A stretch of DNA of 64,000 bases from Naegleria gruberi (lineage: Eukaryota): NCBI GenBank assembly GCA_000004985.1, contig GG738852.1; one strand, 5' to 3'. The notes beneath the pieces were generated by a model. That model was given only the letters and a program-made list of their open reading frames with translations. It was not told the origin of the DNA and ran no database searches. Below, piece by piece: positions 29,953 through 39,364 of this stretch (position 1 is the first letter of the stretch; each line of letters begins with the position of its first letter). The position numbers were made by a program, and so were the translations under genes.

Positions 29953-31905
29953 ATGATAAACAGAAACCGAAATTTGGGATTAGGAGTAGGCCCCACTACG
30001 TCCAAACCAACAACATCGACAGCAGCCCTAACCAAAAGGTCAAATATACCTGTCTCTTCTTCAGCAAGTTTTCCTCTCTCTAGCAGAAAGAATCCAATAA
30101 TACAGGAAGTTGCTGATAAGGGTGGAGTAAAAACTGTCCTCACTACATATAAGCAAGGTGAAATGTTGGGAGAAGGAGGTTTTGCCAAGTGTTACGAAGT
30201 AACAGACTGTAGTTCTGGAGCTTCATTAGCAGCAAAGGTAATCCCAAAGACTTCCCTTGTAAAGGAAAAGACAAAGGAGAAACTAATGACTGAAATTAAG
30301 ATTCACAAGAAGATGAACCACAAATACGTTGTTGGTTTTGAAAGGTTTTTTGAAGATTCCCAAAACGCTTACATTATGCTAGAAATGTGTCATTGTAAAT
30401 CATTGATGGAACTCATGGAAAAGAAGAGAAGACTCGCCGAGTCAGAAGCTCAATATATTTTCTACCAAGTACTCTCTGCTGTGAGGTATATGCACTCTTG
30501 CAGAGTAATTCATAGAGATTTAAAGTTGGGTAACATTTTCCTGGATAAATATATGAGAGTCAAGATTGGTGACTTTGGTCTTGCCACTGAAGTAAATGGC
30601 CAAGAGAGAAAGACAACTCTGTGTGGTACTCCAAATTATATCGCCCCAGAAATTTTAGAGAACAGAGGCCACTCATACGAGGTTGATATGTGGTCATGTG
30701 GTGTCATTCTGTATACTCTCCTTATTGGTACACCACCATTCGAAACTAGTGATGTAAAATCAACATATAGAAAGATTCAAGAGAACAGGTATTCATTCCC
30801 TCCTGATATTAAGATTAGCGAGCCAGCCAAGAAACTCATCAAGAGACTCTTGAGTTCAGATCCAAAGAGCAGACCAAATGTAGAACAATCAATCAATGAT
30901 GAATTCTTTAAAACTATGAAATCTACTGGATGCCCATCCTCACTGATGAAGTATGCTCAAAGCTACTGTGGTCAAGACGTCAAGAAGAACCTAGAAGTCC
31001 TTCAAAGAGAAAGAGAAGAAGCACTGAAGAGAAAGCAACAAGATGCTGAAGAAGGAAGCACTAGATCTTCTGAGGAAAGAGCTCCACTCAAATCAATTGA
31101 TCCAAACATTCTCAGTGCAAGAGGAAAGGAAAATGGAGTTCTCGACAAGTTATTCAAAAAAGTCTTGCCAAAGAAGAGGGAAAGTGATGAAAATAGCAGA
31201 CCATGCTCAAGTAGATCTACTCAGCCTCCACTTTCAGCCAAATCCAAATCGCCAGTCCCAACCTCAACAAGAGGATCACCTTCCAACTCTGCCTCTCCAA
31301 AGTTGAAACCAACAAGGTTGTCTTCACGATCTCCAGTGCCAAGAACAAAGGTCGTCCACTCAATTGACTATCCAGATTATGGTCTTGCTTATCGTCTCAG
31401 CAATGGATCCACAGGTGCCTTCTTTAATGATTGGTCCAAGATGGTTCTCTCTGCTGATAAGAAACGAGTTGACTATTACGAATTCCAAAAGGATCAAGTG
31501 CAACCATTTGACAAGCAATCCACTTTTTCTCTGGTTCAACACCCAGAAGAATTAAAGAAGAAGATTACTCTCATTAAATTCTTCAAAGGTGTCTTGGATC
31601 AAGAAATTAAAAAGACTGGAAAACCAGAGTTATTGGAAATCTCTGGAGAGGACTCTAATGTTTATGTGAAGAAGTATCACTCAACCAAACAAGCTACTGC
31701 CTACAGATTGAGCAATATGGTTATTCAAGTGAGGTTCCAAGACAGTGCAGAAGTTTTGCTCGCAAACAGCTCACATGTTGCCATCTTTACAAACACTAAG
31801 GGAGAGAAGGAGTACATTCATGAAGATTCCACTGCTCCAGAAGCTCAAAGATATATCAGTCTCGCTAAAGATTATATTAAGGAATTGAAAACAGATTCCC
31901 GCTAA
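29953..31905 (+). CDS. polo-like kinase (Ser/Thr kinase domain plus C-terminal polo-box domain)
   Basis: GGFAKCYEVTD, HRDLKLGNIFL, DFGLA, GTPNYIAPE. Polo boxes VVHSIDYPDYGLAYRLSNGSTGAFFNDWSKMVL and ...YRLSNMVIQVRFQD. Confidence 0.85.
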   Translation: MINRNRNLGLGVGPTTSKPTTSTAALTKRSNIPVSSSASFPLSSRKNPIIQEVADKGGVKTVLTTYKQGEMLGEGGFAKCYEVTDCSSGASLAAKVIPKTSLVKEKTKEKLMTEIKIHKKMNHKYVVGFERFFEDSQNAYIMLEMCHCKSLMELMEKKRRLAESEAQYIFYQVLSAVRYMHSCRVIHRDLKLGNIFLDKYMRVKIGDFGLATEVNGQERKTTLCGTPNYIAPEILENRGHSYEVDMWSCGVILYTLLIGTPPFETSDVKSTYRKIQENRYSFPPDIKISEPAKKLIKRLLSSDPKSRPNVEQSINDEFFKTMKSTGCPSSLMKYAQSYCGQDVKKNLEVLQREREEALKRKQQDAEEGSTRSSEERAPLKSIDPNILSARGKENGVLDKLFKKVLPKKRESDENSRPCSSRSTQPPLSAKSKSPVPTSTRGSPSNSASPKLKPTRLSSRSPVPRTKVVHSIDYPDYGLAYRLSNGSTGAFFNDWSKMVLSADKKRVDYYEFQKDQVQPFDKQSTFSLVQHPEELKKKITLIKFFKGVLDQEIKKTGKPELLEISGEDSNVYVKKYHSTKQATAYRLSNMVIQVRFQDSAEVLLANSSHVAIFTNTKGEKEYIHEDSTAPEAQRYISLAKDYIKELKTDSR

Positions 31906-32023
31906 GCTTTTTAATTCGCAGTGACACCATTAAATTGGCTGTCACTGTTTATTGTAAAAAAAAATAAATAATATACTATTAAATTCAATTTAATAATTGC
32001 ATTTAAAATTCTAATAATAAAAA

Positions 32024-32242
32024 ATGAGCAAGGCCAATCAAACACAACAGAAGCAGGACAAGGTTAACAATAATAATAACGCAAAGACCAATAAACAAGA
32101 ACAAGCAAAATTAAAACAACAACAGCAACAACAACAGAAAAAGAAGAATGTAAAAAAGGTGAAAAAAACCATGGCTAACCCGTATGAATACAAATTCAAA
32201 ATTCTGTCATCGGAACAACAGAAAAAGGTCACAAATATGTAT
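32024..32242 (+). CDS. hypothetical protein, K/Q-rich N-terminal exon (tentative 2-exon model)
   Basis: ATG at 32024. Poly-Q/K (QQQQQQKKKNVKKVKK). The only phase-compatible junction is donor gtaatt at 32243 with acceptor atcaag at 32282-32287. That gives a 45-nt intron matching the local intron size class. Confidence 0.35.
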
Positions 32243-32287
32243 GTAATTTAAATTGGTGGAATTTATTGGAATTTTGAAAGAATCAAG

Positions 32288-32728
32288 GATAATATTAATG
32301 AATTGGACATTATTTTAGATGTAAATAGTATTGTGGAGAAATTATCAAAAAATTGCAATGATATTGAAATTTTAATCTTTCCAGATGCACATCATAAACA
32401 AATGATGAATATCCAAGTGGATCATATTAAAATTCAGTGTGGATACTCATCAATACCGTTCATTAATTTAGATATGAGTTTGGAGGAATTTTCTGACATT
32501 TTCAAGGAGTGCACCCAATTCAATCAAGTGCACAAGAATAACGTCATCAAGGTAATTGGAATAGTGAAAAACTCAAAACTGAGAGAAATGATTGAAAAGG
32601 ATAATGAATTTGGACCTGCAATATTGTCAAATGACTTGTATTTTAAAGTTCCAACAATGAATTTTAGATTTATGGATACCATTGTTGAAGATGTCTCTCC
32701 AATATATCCTAAAAGGAATAAAGCTTAA
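32288..32728 (+). CDS. hypothetical protein, exon 2
   Basis: Open frame continuing to stop at 32728. No recognisable domain. Confidence 0.4.
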   Translation, partial: DNINELDIILDVNSIVEKLSKNCNDIEILIFPDAHHKQMMNIQVDHIKIQCGYSSIPFINLDMSLEEFSDIFKECTQFNQVHKNNVIKVIGIVKNSKLREMIEKDNEFGPAILSNDLYFKVPTMNFRFMDTIVEDVSPIYPKRNKA

Positions 32729-33038
32729 TTTCATTTCATATCCCTTCAAATTAATTTGAAGTTTACAATGATACTACTTTCTTGTATGAAACTTTTTCAT
32801 GGAGGATAACTTTCTTAATTGAAGAAATAGTATTAAACAATTCGGTTTAGTTACTCTCCATCTACTTCAAATAGCACACTTAGCACAAACAGAATATTTT
32901 CTTTTTTAATCAACTTGGTCATTTGAAAGAGAGCAACACAAATTCGTAAAACGAACCAAAAAGGACCTTGCCAAGCAAAAAAGCATTTTTCTCTTGATCA
33001 ATTTTTTTTAAGCCACAAAAAATACAACAACAATAACC

Positions 33039-33053
33039 ATGGACAGACAACCA
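33039..33053 (+). CDS. enolase, 5-codon first exon (MDRQP)
   Basis: ATG at 33039 in caataaccATGg context. Donor gtaagt at 33054. This exon is needed because the downstream exon has no in-frame ATG before the conserved enolase core. Confidence 0.55.
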
Positions 33054-33118
33054 GTAAGTTTTTTTAAAGATTTTCAGTCGGTACATACCAATCAAAATTA
33101 TTTATTAATCAAATACAG

Positions 33119-34555
33119 ATTAGCGAATATCTTCAAAACAACAATCTCCAAAAGTTGGTAGAAGATGCTTTAAATGAATGCTACAATGCTAATGCTTCAG
33201 ATGTTCATTCCTTCCTCGGAAACTTCTTCTTGTCTCGTGGTAAGAAGTCATCTGGTCAAATTGATAAGATTGTTGGTAGAGAAATTTTGGACTCTAGAGG
33301 TAATCCAACTGTTGAAGTTGACGTTTATGTTAATGGTCAAAAGAGACCAATTGCCACTGCTTCTGCTCCATCTGGTGCTTCAACTGGTAGTAATGAAGCC
33401 CACGAACTTCGTGATGGTGATAAGTCAAGATTCCTCGGAAAGGGTGTTTTGAAGGCTGTTAAGAATGTTAATGAAACTCTCTCAAAGGCTGTTGAAGGTA
33501 AATCACTTGATAGTCTTGCTGAAGTTGATCAAGCTTTGATTGATGCTGATGGTGATGAATTGAAGAGCAATTTGGGTGGTAATTCCATTACTGCTGCTTC
33601 ATTTGCTCTTGCTACTGCTGGTGCTGCTGTTAAGAATGAAGAATTATTCTTGTATTTGGCCAATGCTTTCCACAATGGAAAGACTGAAGGTTTAAAGTAT
33701 CATCTTCCAACTCCTATGGTCAATATTTTGAATGGTGGTAAGCACGCTGGTGGTCGTCTTCAAATTCAAGAATTCATGATTTTGCCAAAGGAAAATCAAT
33801 CATTCCGTGAAAAGCTCAGATGTGTTGCTGAAGTTTATCAACATTTGGGTAAGATTCTCGTTGAAGCTGCTGGTCCAAGTGCTAAGAATGTTGGTGACGA
33901 AGGTGGTTTTGCTCCAAACTTGGAAACTGCTGATGAAGCTTTGAACTATATTGAACAAGCCATTGTTAAGGCTGGTTATAAGGTTGGTGAAGACGTCTTT
34001 TTGGCTTTGGATGCTGCTTCAAGCGAATTCTATGATTCTGAAACTAAAAAGTACGAAATTACTCAAGGAAAGGATTATTATACTTCCGAAGAAATGGTTG
34101 AATATTATGCCCAATTAGTCGAAAGACACCCTGCTATCGTTTCTATTGAAGATGGTTTGGAAGAAAAGGACTATGAAGGATGGAAGAAGTTGACCGAAAG
34201 ATTGGGCTCAAAGATCATGTTGGTTGGTGATGACTTGTACACTACTAACACCAGATTGATTAAGCAAGGTATTGAAGAAAAGTGGGCTAACTCTTTGTTG
34301 TTGAAGGTTAACCAAATTGGTTCTATCACTGAAGCTATGAATGCTGCTAGAATGATTTTCAATGTCAACCAAAAGGTCATTGTTTCCCACAGATCTGGTG
34401 AAACTGCCACTAATTTGATTGCTGATTTGGTTGTTGGTATTGGTGCTACTCACATTAAGACTGGTGCTACTGCTAGAGGTGAACGTGTTTCCAAGTACAA
34501 TAGATTGTTGCAAATTGAAGAATACCTCGAACAAAATGGTTTGCTCTCTCAATAA
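33119..34555 (+). CDS. enolase (phosphopyruvate hydratase) with about 40-aa N-terminal extension
   Basis: Acceptor aatacag at 33112-33118. Extension ISEYLQNNNLQKLVEDALNECYNANASDVHSFLGNFFLS. Then IVGREILDSRGNPTVEVDV, SHRSGETATN and the full enolase core. The ORF-track start at 33155 is TTG. Confidence 0.9.
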   Translation: MSEYLQNNNLQKLVEDALNECYNANASDVHSFLGNFFLSRGKKSSGQIDKIVGREILDSRGNPTVEVDVYVNGQKRPIATASAPSGASTGSNEAHELRDGDKSRFLGKGVLKAVKNVNETLSKAVEGKSLDSLAEVDQALIDADGDELKSNLGGNSITAASFALATAGAAVKNEELFLYLANAFHNGKTEGLKYHLPTPMVNILNGGKHAGGRLQIQEFMILPKENQSFREKLRCVAEVYQHLGKILVEAAGPSAKNVGDEGGFAPNLETADEALNYIEQAIVKAGYKVGEDVFLALDAASSEFYDSETKKYEITQGKDYYTSEEMVEYYAQLVERHPAIVSIEDGLEEKDYEGWKKLTERLGSKIMLVGDDLYTTNTRLIKQGIEEKWANSLLLKVNQIGSITEAMNAARMIFNVNQKVIVSHRSGETATNLIADLVVGIGATHIKTGATARGERVSKYNRLLQIEEYLEQNGLLSQ

Positions 34556-34671
34556 TTTTCTTTTCTAATTAAATAAAACAATTGTAAAATTAATGTAATT
34601 TATCTAATGTTTAAACTGATCATTTCTACGGTTCGTAATTGCTTTCTTAATATTTGATTGTGTCTTGTGAC

Positions 34672-35382
34672 ATGAGCGCCATTAAGATTGGCGCCAAAAC
34701 CAATTTTAAAAAAAGTACAGAAAAAAACCACCATCAAATAAGCAACATGAATAATAGTAACAAACAATCTTCATCAACGGAAAGACAATTTAATCAAGTA
34801 ACTCTTCAAAATAGTAGAGATCAGAGAAAAGCAGAACGGGATAAACATTCTCTAGAAAGAGGACGACTTGCAAATAGGAAAGAGGGTTTTCAAAGACACT
34901 CACCCTCAACAAATCCTCTCGAAATGATGGAATCAGCAGTTGGTTTTGTTTCTGATGCTAAACGATTTCACGGAGATAGTGCAGGAGAGGAGAAGGCAAA
35001 GAGGGATATGGAAGTAAATCGAGTCAAGAATATTACTGAGAGAAAGAGAAATGAATTTACTCAGAGAGAGCAGGAACGTCTTGAAAAGAGAAAGGAGGAA
35101 TTTGAAAAACAACAAAAGACATTCGAGAATAGGGTTGGAACTGAAAAGAAGAATCAAGGATTGGCAGGTTATAATATCATTACAAAACAACCCTTAGATG
35201 CTGAACACCGAAAATTACAAACCTATGAAGATCAAATGAGACAATATAGAGGAGCTGTCAGAGCAGATTTACTGTACCAGAGAGGATCAAGTACAGGTTG
35301 TAATCCAATCACTGGTGATCCTCTTCCTCAAAGAGTTAACATTCCTCAAAAGCCATCATTTGATTCAAATAAATTTTATTGA
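34672..35382 (+). CDS. hypothetical charged coiled-coil protein
   Basis: First ATG at 34672 (MSAIKIGAK). Track start is TTG. R/E/K-rich central region. Confidence 0.45.
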   Translation: MSAIKIGAKTNFKKSTEKNHHQISNMNNSNKQSSSTERQFNQVTLQNSRDQRKAERDKHSLERGRLANRKEGFQRHSPSTNPLEMMESAVGFVSDAKRFHGDSAGEEKAKRDMEVNRVKNITERKRNEFTQREQERLEKRKEEFEKQQKTFENRVGTEKKNQGLAGYNIITKQPLDAEHRKLQTYEDQMRQYRGAVRADLLYQRGSSTGCNPITGDPLPQRVNIPQKPSFDSNKFY

Positions 35383-35490
35383 AATAATAATGAGAATTTC
35401 AAATCACACAAATTGTTTCTATAATATATTATGAATTTATTATAAAAGGGATTGAAAATAGATAATAATACTAAAAATAATATTAAAAAA

Positions 35491-36036
35491 ATGTTAAAAA
35501 AACTCTTTCCTTCAAAAATTGCTAACAATGATCGTATCGGATTTGGGTACTTTTATGATAGATATTATACCAATGCTAAAAGACCTGGCATGAAAATCTT
35601 CCTCTTCTATGCAGCATTTATTGTATGCAATTATTATCCATGTAAATTCATCTACCGATATATTTATGAGCACCCGTACTGGGAGAAGAGACAAATTGAA
35701 AAGGATAAACAAAAGGAAATTAGACAAGCCATACTCATGTCTTCAAGTAGAGACAGAAGAGAGGATTTACGTGATTTTTACAAAGAGTATTACCTCACAC
35801 AATTATTAATTAATTCTTCCGATAATCATACTTCTCAATCACCATCCAAACATTCCGAATCACCTTCATCCAACAACTCTACTTCCCAACAACATGACAT
35901 CATTAGCAAGGAAAATGATGATGCCTTGCTTCAAATTATCAAGACATGGAATGTAATTGGAGAGGAAGAGTCAAATCTAATTAGTAGAATTATCAGAACA
36001 AATGAAGTTCTCCAGCTATTTCCAAACAGAAAATGA
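35491..36036 (+). CDS. hypothetical protein with one TM helix
   Basis: First ATG at 35491 in aaaaaaATG context. Track start is TTG. Hydrophobic IFLFYAAFIVCNYY. Confidence 0.4.
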   Translation: MLKKLFPSKIANNDRIGFGYFYDRYYTNAKRPGMKIFLFYAAFIVCNYYPCKFIYRYIYEHPYWEKRQIEKDKQKEIRQAILMSSSRDRREDLRDFYKEYYLTQLLINSSDNHTSQSPSKHSESPSSNNSTSQQHDIISKENDDALLQIIKTWNVIGEEESNLISRIIRTNEVLQLFPNRK

Positions 36037-36365
36037 GCTTCATGGCTAATTAGAAAGTATCCATGCTCAATATTTCCCTTTTTGTAGAAAATACAACGAG
36101 TAAGCAACTGAAAAATTTCACCTATTGCAGATTATTGCAGAATGGGATTGAAGCAGAAAAGCCTTTGGCAAATTGATTTTGGCATTTTTCTCTTGCCCAA
36201 AAAAATTCTAATTTTGATTTGTGACTGGAAAGGGTTTGGTACAGTATCATTTTTAGACAAGTTGCATTACTGTGGGATGCACAAAACATCAAATGAAAAT
36301 TATCAATAAAAATTGCCCTAATTGACAGTTGGCATTTGCTTCAAGTACTGCGCAATACTTCAATC

Positions 36366-37520
36366 ATGCAACAAAATAATGGCCAGAAGCAACAAGAAAC
36401 TGTTTTACCAAGTTTTCATTCATTGATATCAACATTGGGTGTTTCAAATGATTCAACTTTACCTTCCATCAACATCAACACAAGTACTTGGGATAGACAA
36501 CAACCATCAACGAGTTGCATTAATCCATCTCTTCCCTCATTACAGTCATCGTTAGAACAAACTACCTTAGAATGTAATTATAATAATGGCAATATTGGAA
36601 CATGTATAATAGATTCACCTTCAGTGAGTTTTCCAACATGTCCATTCAATTATCATTCCACTCAAGATTCTCAATTGTCTTCGCCTTTTCCACCTCACTA
36701 CTGCCACAATCCATTTACCCCATTGTACAATTCCTCTCATAACCAAACACAATATCAACATGTTACACCAATCATTTCAGCAACCTCGTTATTGCTCTCT
36801 CCAACATCACCTCCTCAACAACAATACCTCACCACTCAAAACAACACACTCCTTTCATCACCTTCAAACATGAATCAACAACCACAGCTTAACAATAGTC
36901 CTATAAGGAGTAGGCGAAGAAATAATTCACCTCCAATAACACCTAATACAGATGCGCTCATTGAATCACAACAGAATAAGAAGGAAAAGAAAAAGCAAAT
37001 CAAGTTTATGCCAAATAACAATTTCAAATCATTGAATTCATCCTCTCAACCTCAGCTACCAAGACCTCCTTCAGTTGATGCTGATGATGTAGAGGTAACC
37101 AATGTAACATTCTCTATGGAAAAGCAATCCCAACCTAAAAAGAAACGAAAGGGAATTTTTCAATCAAAAAACTCGAAACTTTCTCCCATTGTAAATCAAT
37201 CAGAAAGTACTAACGATTCAGATTACAGTTCAACAGGATCTTATCCCTTTCAGAATGGTACTACCAATGGTCCATCAATCTCAACAGATAATTCCTCACA
37301 AAATGTTTCAAATCCAACACAGTCCAACAATATAATGAATAGTGGACTGTTTATGGAATTTATTGGAACTTCCACAAAGAAGAGAAAACAATATCGAGAT
37401 ATTATCAATTACAAGGATGAATTCTTTACAGATTCTTACTCAGCTGAGAAGAGATTAAGAGAATCAAGCACAAAATATCGATCCAAGCAACCACTCAATC
37501 CTAACAATAAAGAAAAGTAA
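36366..37520 (+). CDS. hypothetical S/N/Q/P-rich low-complexity protein with basic KKRK segments
   Basis: First ATG at 36366 (MQQNNGQ). Track start is TTG. Long open frame with compositional bias. Confidence 0.4.
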   Translation: MQQNNGQKQQETVLPSFHSLISTLGVSNDSTLPSININTSTWDRQQPSTSCINPSLPSLQSSLEQTTLECNYNNGNIGTCIIDSPSVSFPTCPFNYHSTQDSQLSSPFPPHYCHNPFTPLYNSSHNQTQYQHVTPIISATSLLLSPTSPPQQQYLTTQNNTLLSSPSNMNQQPQLNNSPIRSRRRNNSPPITPNTDALIESQQNKKEKKKQIKFMPNNNFKSLNSSSQPQLPRPPSVDADDVEVTNVTFSMEKQSQPKKKRKGIFQSKNSKLSPIVNQSESTNDSDYSSTGSYPFQNGTTNGPSISTDNSSQNVSNPTQSNNIMNSGLFMEFIGTSTKKRKQYRDIINYKDEFFTDSYSAEKRLRESSTKYRSKQPLNPNNKEK

Positions 37521-37683
37521 CACTTTGTTTTTTGTGAAACAACAATCAGAGCTCTACTTCAAAGTTCAATATTGATAGGGAATTGTAAACACCAGTGCGA
37601 CGCTTATTTATTCAAAGTACGCACGCACCACCTGGACATTAAATTGCTTAACATCTTTCTAGGAATAAACACAATCAAAAAAA

Positions 37684-37813
37684 ATGTCTCTCGTTGAAAA
37701 GTATCCACTCGTTCTCTCTGCCTCTGCTGTTAATCTTTTGTATTATATTTATACTGCCTTGAGAGTTGGTAATGCTAGAATCAAGTATGGTGTTAAAGCT
37801 CCTGCTGTTACCG
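37684..37813 (+). CDS. MAPEG-family microsomal glutathione S-transferase 3-like, exon 1
   Basis: ATG at 37684. MSLVEKYPLVLSASAVNLLYYIYTALRVGNARIKYGVKAPAVTG parallels the MGST3 N-terminus. Donor gtatgt at 37814, phase 1. Confidence 0.6.
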
Positions 37814-37865
37814 GTATGTAGAGTTTGATATTTTGATTATTAATTTTGATCGGAATTAAATTTAG

Positions 37866-38139
37866 GTCATTTGGAATTTGAAAATGCTTATAGAGTTCAA
37901 ATGGTCTTGAATATTTGCCAGTTACCATGTCATCTTTGTGGATTGCTGCTTTGACCTCTCAAAATGATGCCTTGGTTGGTGGATTGGGATTGACCTATGC
38001 TGTTGGAAGAGTTTTGTATGGTATTGGATATCCAGCTAAGAGATCTGCTGGATTTGGAATCTTCTTTTTGTCTCTTGTTGGCTTGTTAGGTATTACCAGT
38101 TATCATGCTTTTGGTGGTGTTTTGAAGAAGTATTTGTAA
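37866..38139 (+). CDS. MGST3-like, exon 2; conserved sequence continues in a +1 frame after the A-run at 37899-37901 (apparent 1-nt deletion or pseudogene)
   Basis: Acceptor aaatttag at 37858-37865. Frame A gives HLEFENAYRVQ then stops after about 28 codons. Frame B from 37900 gives NGLEYLPVTM...GRVLYGIGYPAKRSAGFG matching MGST3 RAHQNTLEVYPPFLFF...GRVLYAYGY. One extra A would give RVQNGLEYLP. Confidence 0.55.
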
Positions 38140-38432
38140 ACTTTCAAATTTAATTAAACTTGATTTTTTTAATTCAAAAGAATATTGAAATTATTCACAG
38201 CTATATCATTTGAAATCTCTGTAATTCACAGTTTTCATCTGATCTCTTCTTGTGAAGTTTGAATGCATTTGAAGAAAGGATGTACTAATTCATCACCTTA
38301 TTTGCCAAATTTCAAAAATCCATTCCGTTGGACATTGGGTGTCGGTAATCTTTAAAGCGTGCGTTCTAATTTTCTCACCTCATTAAAGAGGTCAGCGTAT
38401 CCAACCAATCCTCAAATAACAAATTCAAAAAA

Positions 38433-39296
38433 ATGAGTCAACATCAAGAAGCATACATTTGTGGAGAAGATTCTTGTCAAAGAACGACCACAACCAGCAG
38501 CAGCACATCAACAACCAATTCTGTAAATAATGAATCATCATCTGTTTTAAATGTAGAAATCATTTCGGATATTGCTTGTCCATTCTGTTTCCTTGGTAAA
38601 TTGCAATTGGAAAAAGCATTGGAACAATTAAATATTAAACCAATTGGATCCGATTCATCATCCGATTTAAAATATACCATTTATTGGAAACCATTCTTGT
38701 TGAATCCAAATGTACCAGCTGGAGGAATGTCACGTGATCAATTTTTCAAAATGAAATTTGGAATGAATTTGAGTGAAGATATGAAAAATGATCCAAAATT
38801 ATTACTCAAATCCATGCCAATGCTCAACCATATTGAAAATAGTGGATTGGAATTGGGAATTAAAACAATGAATGTTGCCAATATGAAAGTACCAATCAGT
38901 AATACATTAAATGGACACAGATTGATTCGATATGTTGAACAATTATATCCACATCAAACTTCTGATATGCAAAATAAGGTAGCTGATAGAGTTTTTAGAG
39001 CTTATTTTGAGGAAGGAAGGGATGTCTCTCAAGTTTCAGTTATGAATGATATTGTTAAGGATTTGAAATTACAAGATCAAATTTCTGAAACCTTCTTTTT
39101 GGAGGATGTTCATTCAGTCTCTGCCTACACAGATGAACAATTAAAAGCTGTCAAGGAAGAAGCCAAAAAAACACAACGTGTCACAAGTGGAGTTCCTTAT
39201 TTCACATTTACCCATGCTGGAAAAAAGACTTCAACTTCTGGAGCTATTGGTATTCAATCATTTGTTAAATTACTCAAAGCTTTCATCTCTAAATAA
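38433..39296 (+). CDS. DsbA-like thioredoxin-fold thiol oxidoreductase (FrnE/DSBA family)
   Basis: ATG at 38433. CPFC active site (DIACPFCFLGK). GVPYFTF near the C-terminus. S/T-rich N-terminus. Confidence 0.65.
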   Translation: MSQHQEAYICGEDSCQRTTTTSSSTSTTNSVNNESSSVLNVEIISDIACPFCFLGKLQLEKALEQLNIKPIGSDSSSDLKYTIYWKPFLLNPNVPAGGMSRDQFFKMKFGMNLSEDMKNDPKLLLKSMPMLNHIENSGLELGIKTMNVANMKVPISNTLNGHRLIRYVEQLYPHQTSDMQNKVADRVFRAYFEEGRDVSQVSVMNDIVKDLKLQDQISETFFLEDVHSVSAYTDEQLKAVKEEAKKTQRVTSGVPYFTFTHAGKKTSTSGAIGIQSFVKLLKAFISK

Positions 39297-39364
39297 ACCT
39301 ATAACGTTGTAAAAACACAAAAACTCTTTCTCAGTAAACTTCCAACTTGTTTTCAATTTCAGAA

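Noticed and set aside
37894-37921. A second tiny intron (gtcttgaatatttgccag, 18 nt) to reconcile the two MGST3 frames.
   Set aside because: It is far below any plausible spliceosomal intron length (the minimum observed here is 41 nt) and would delete the conserved LEYLP residues. A 1-nt indel explains the data better.
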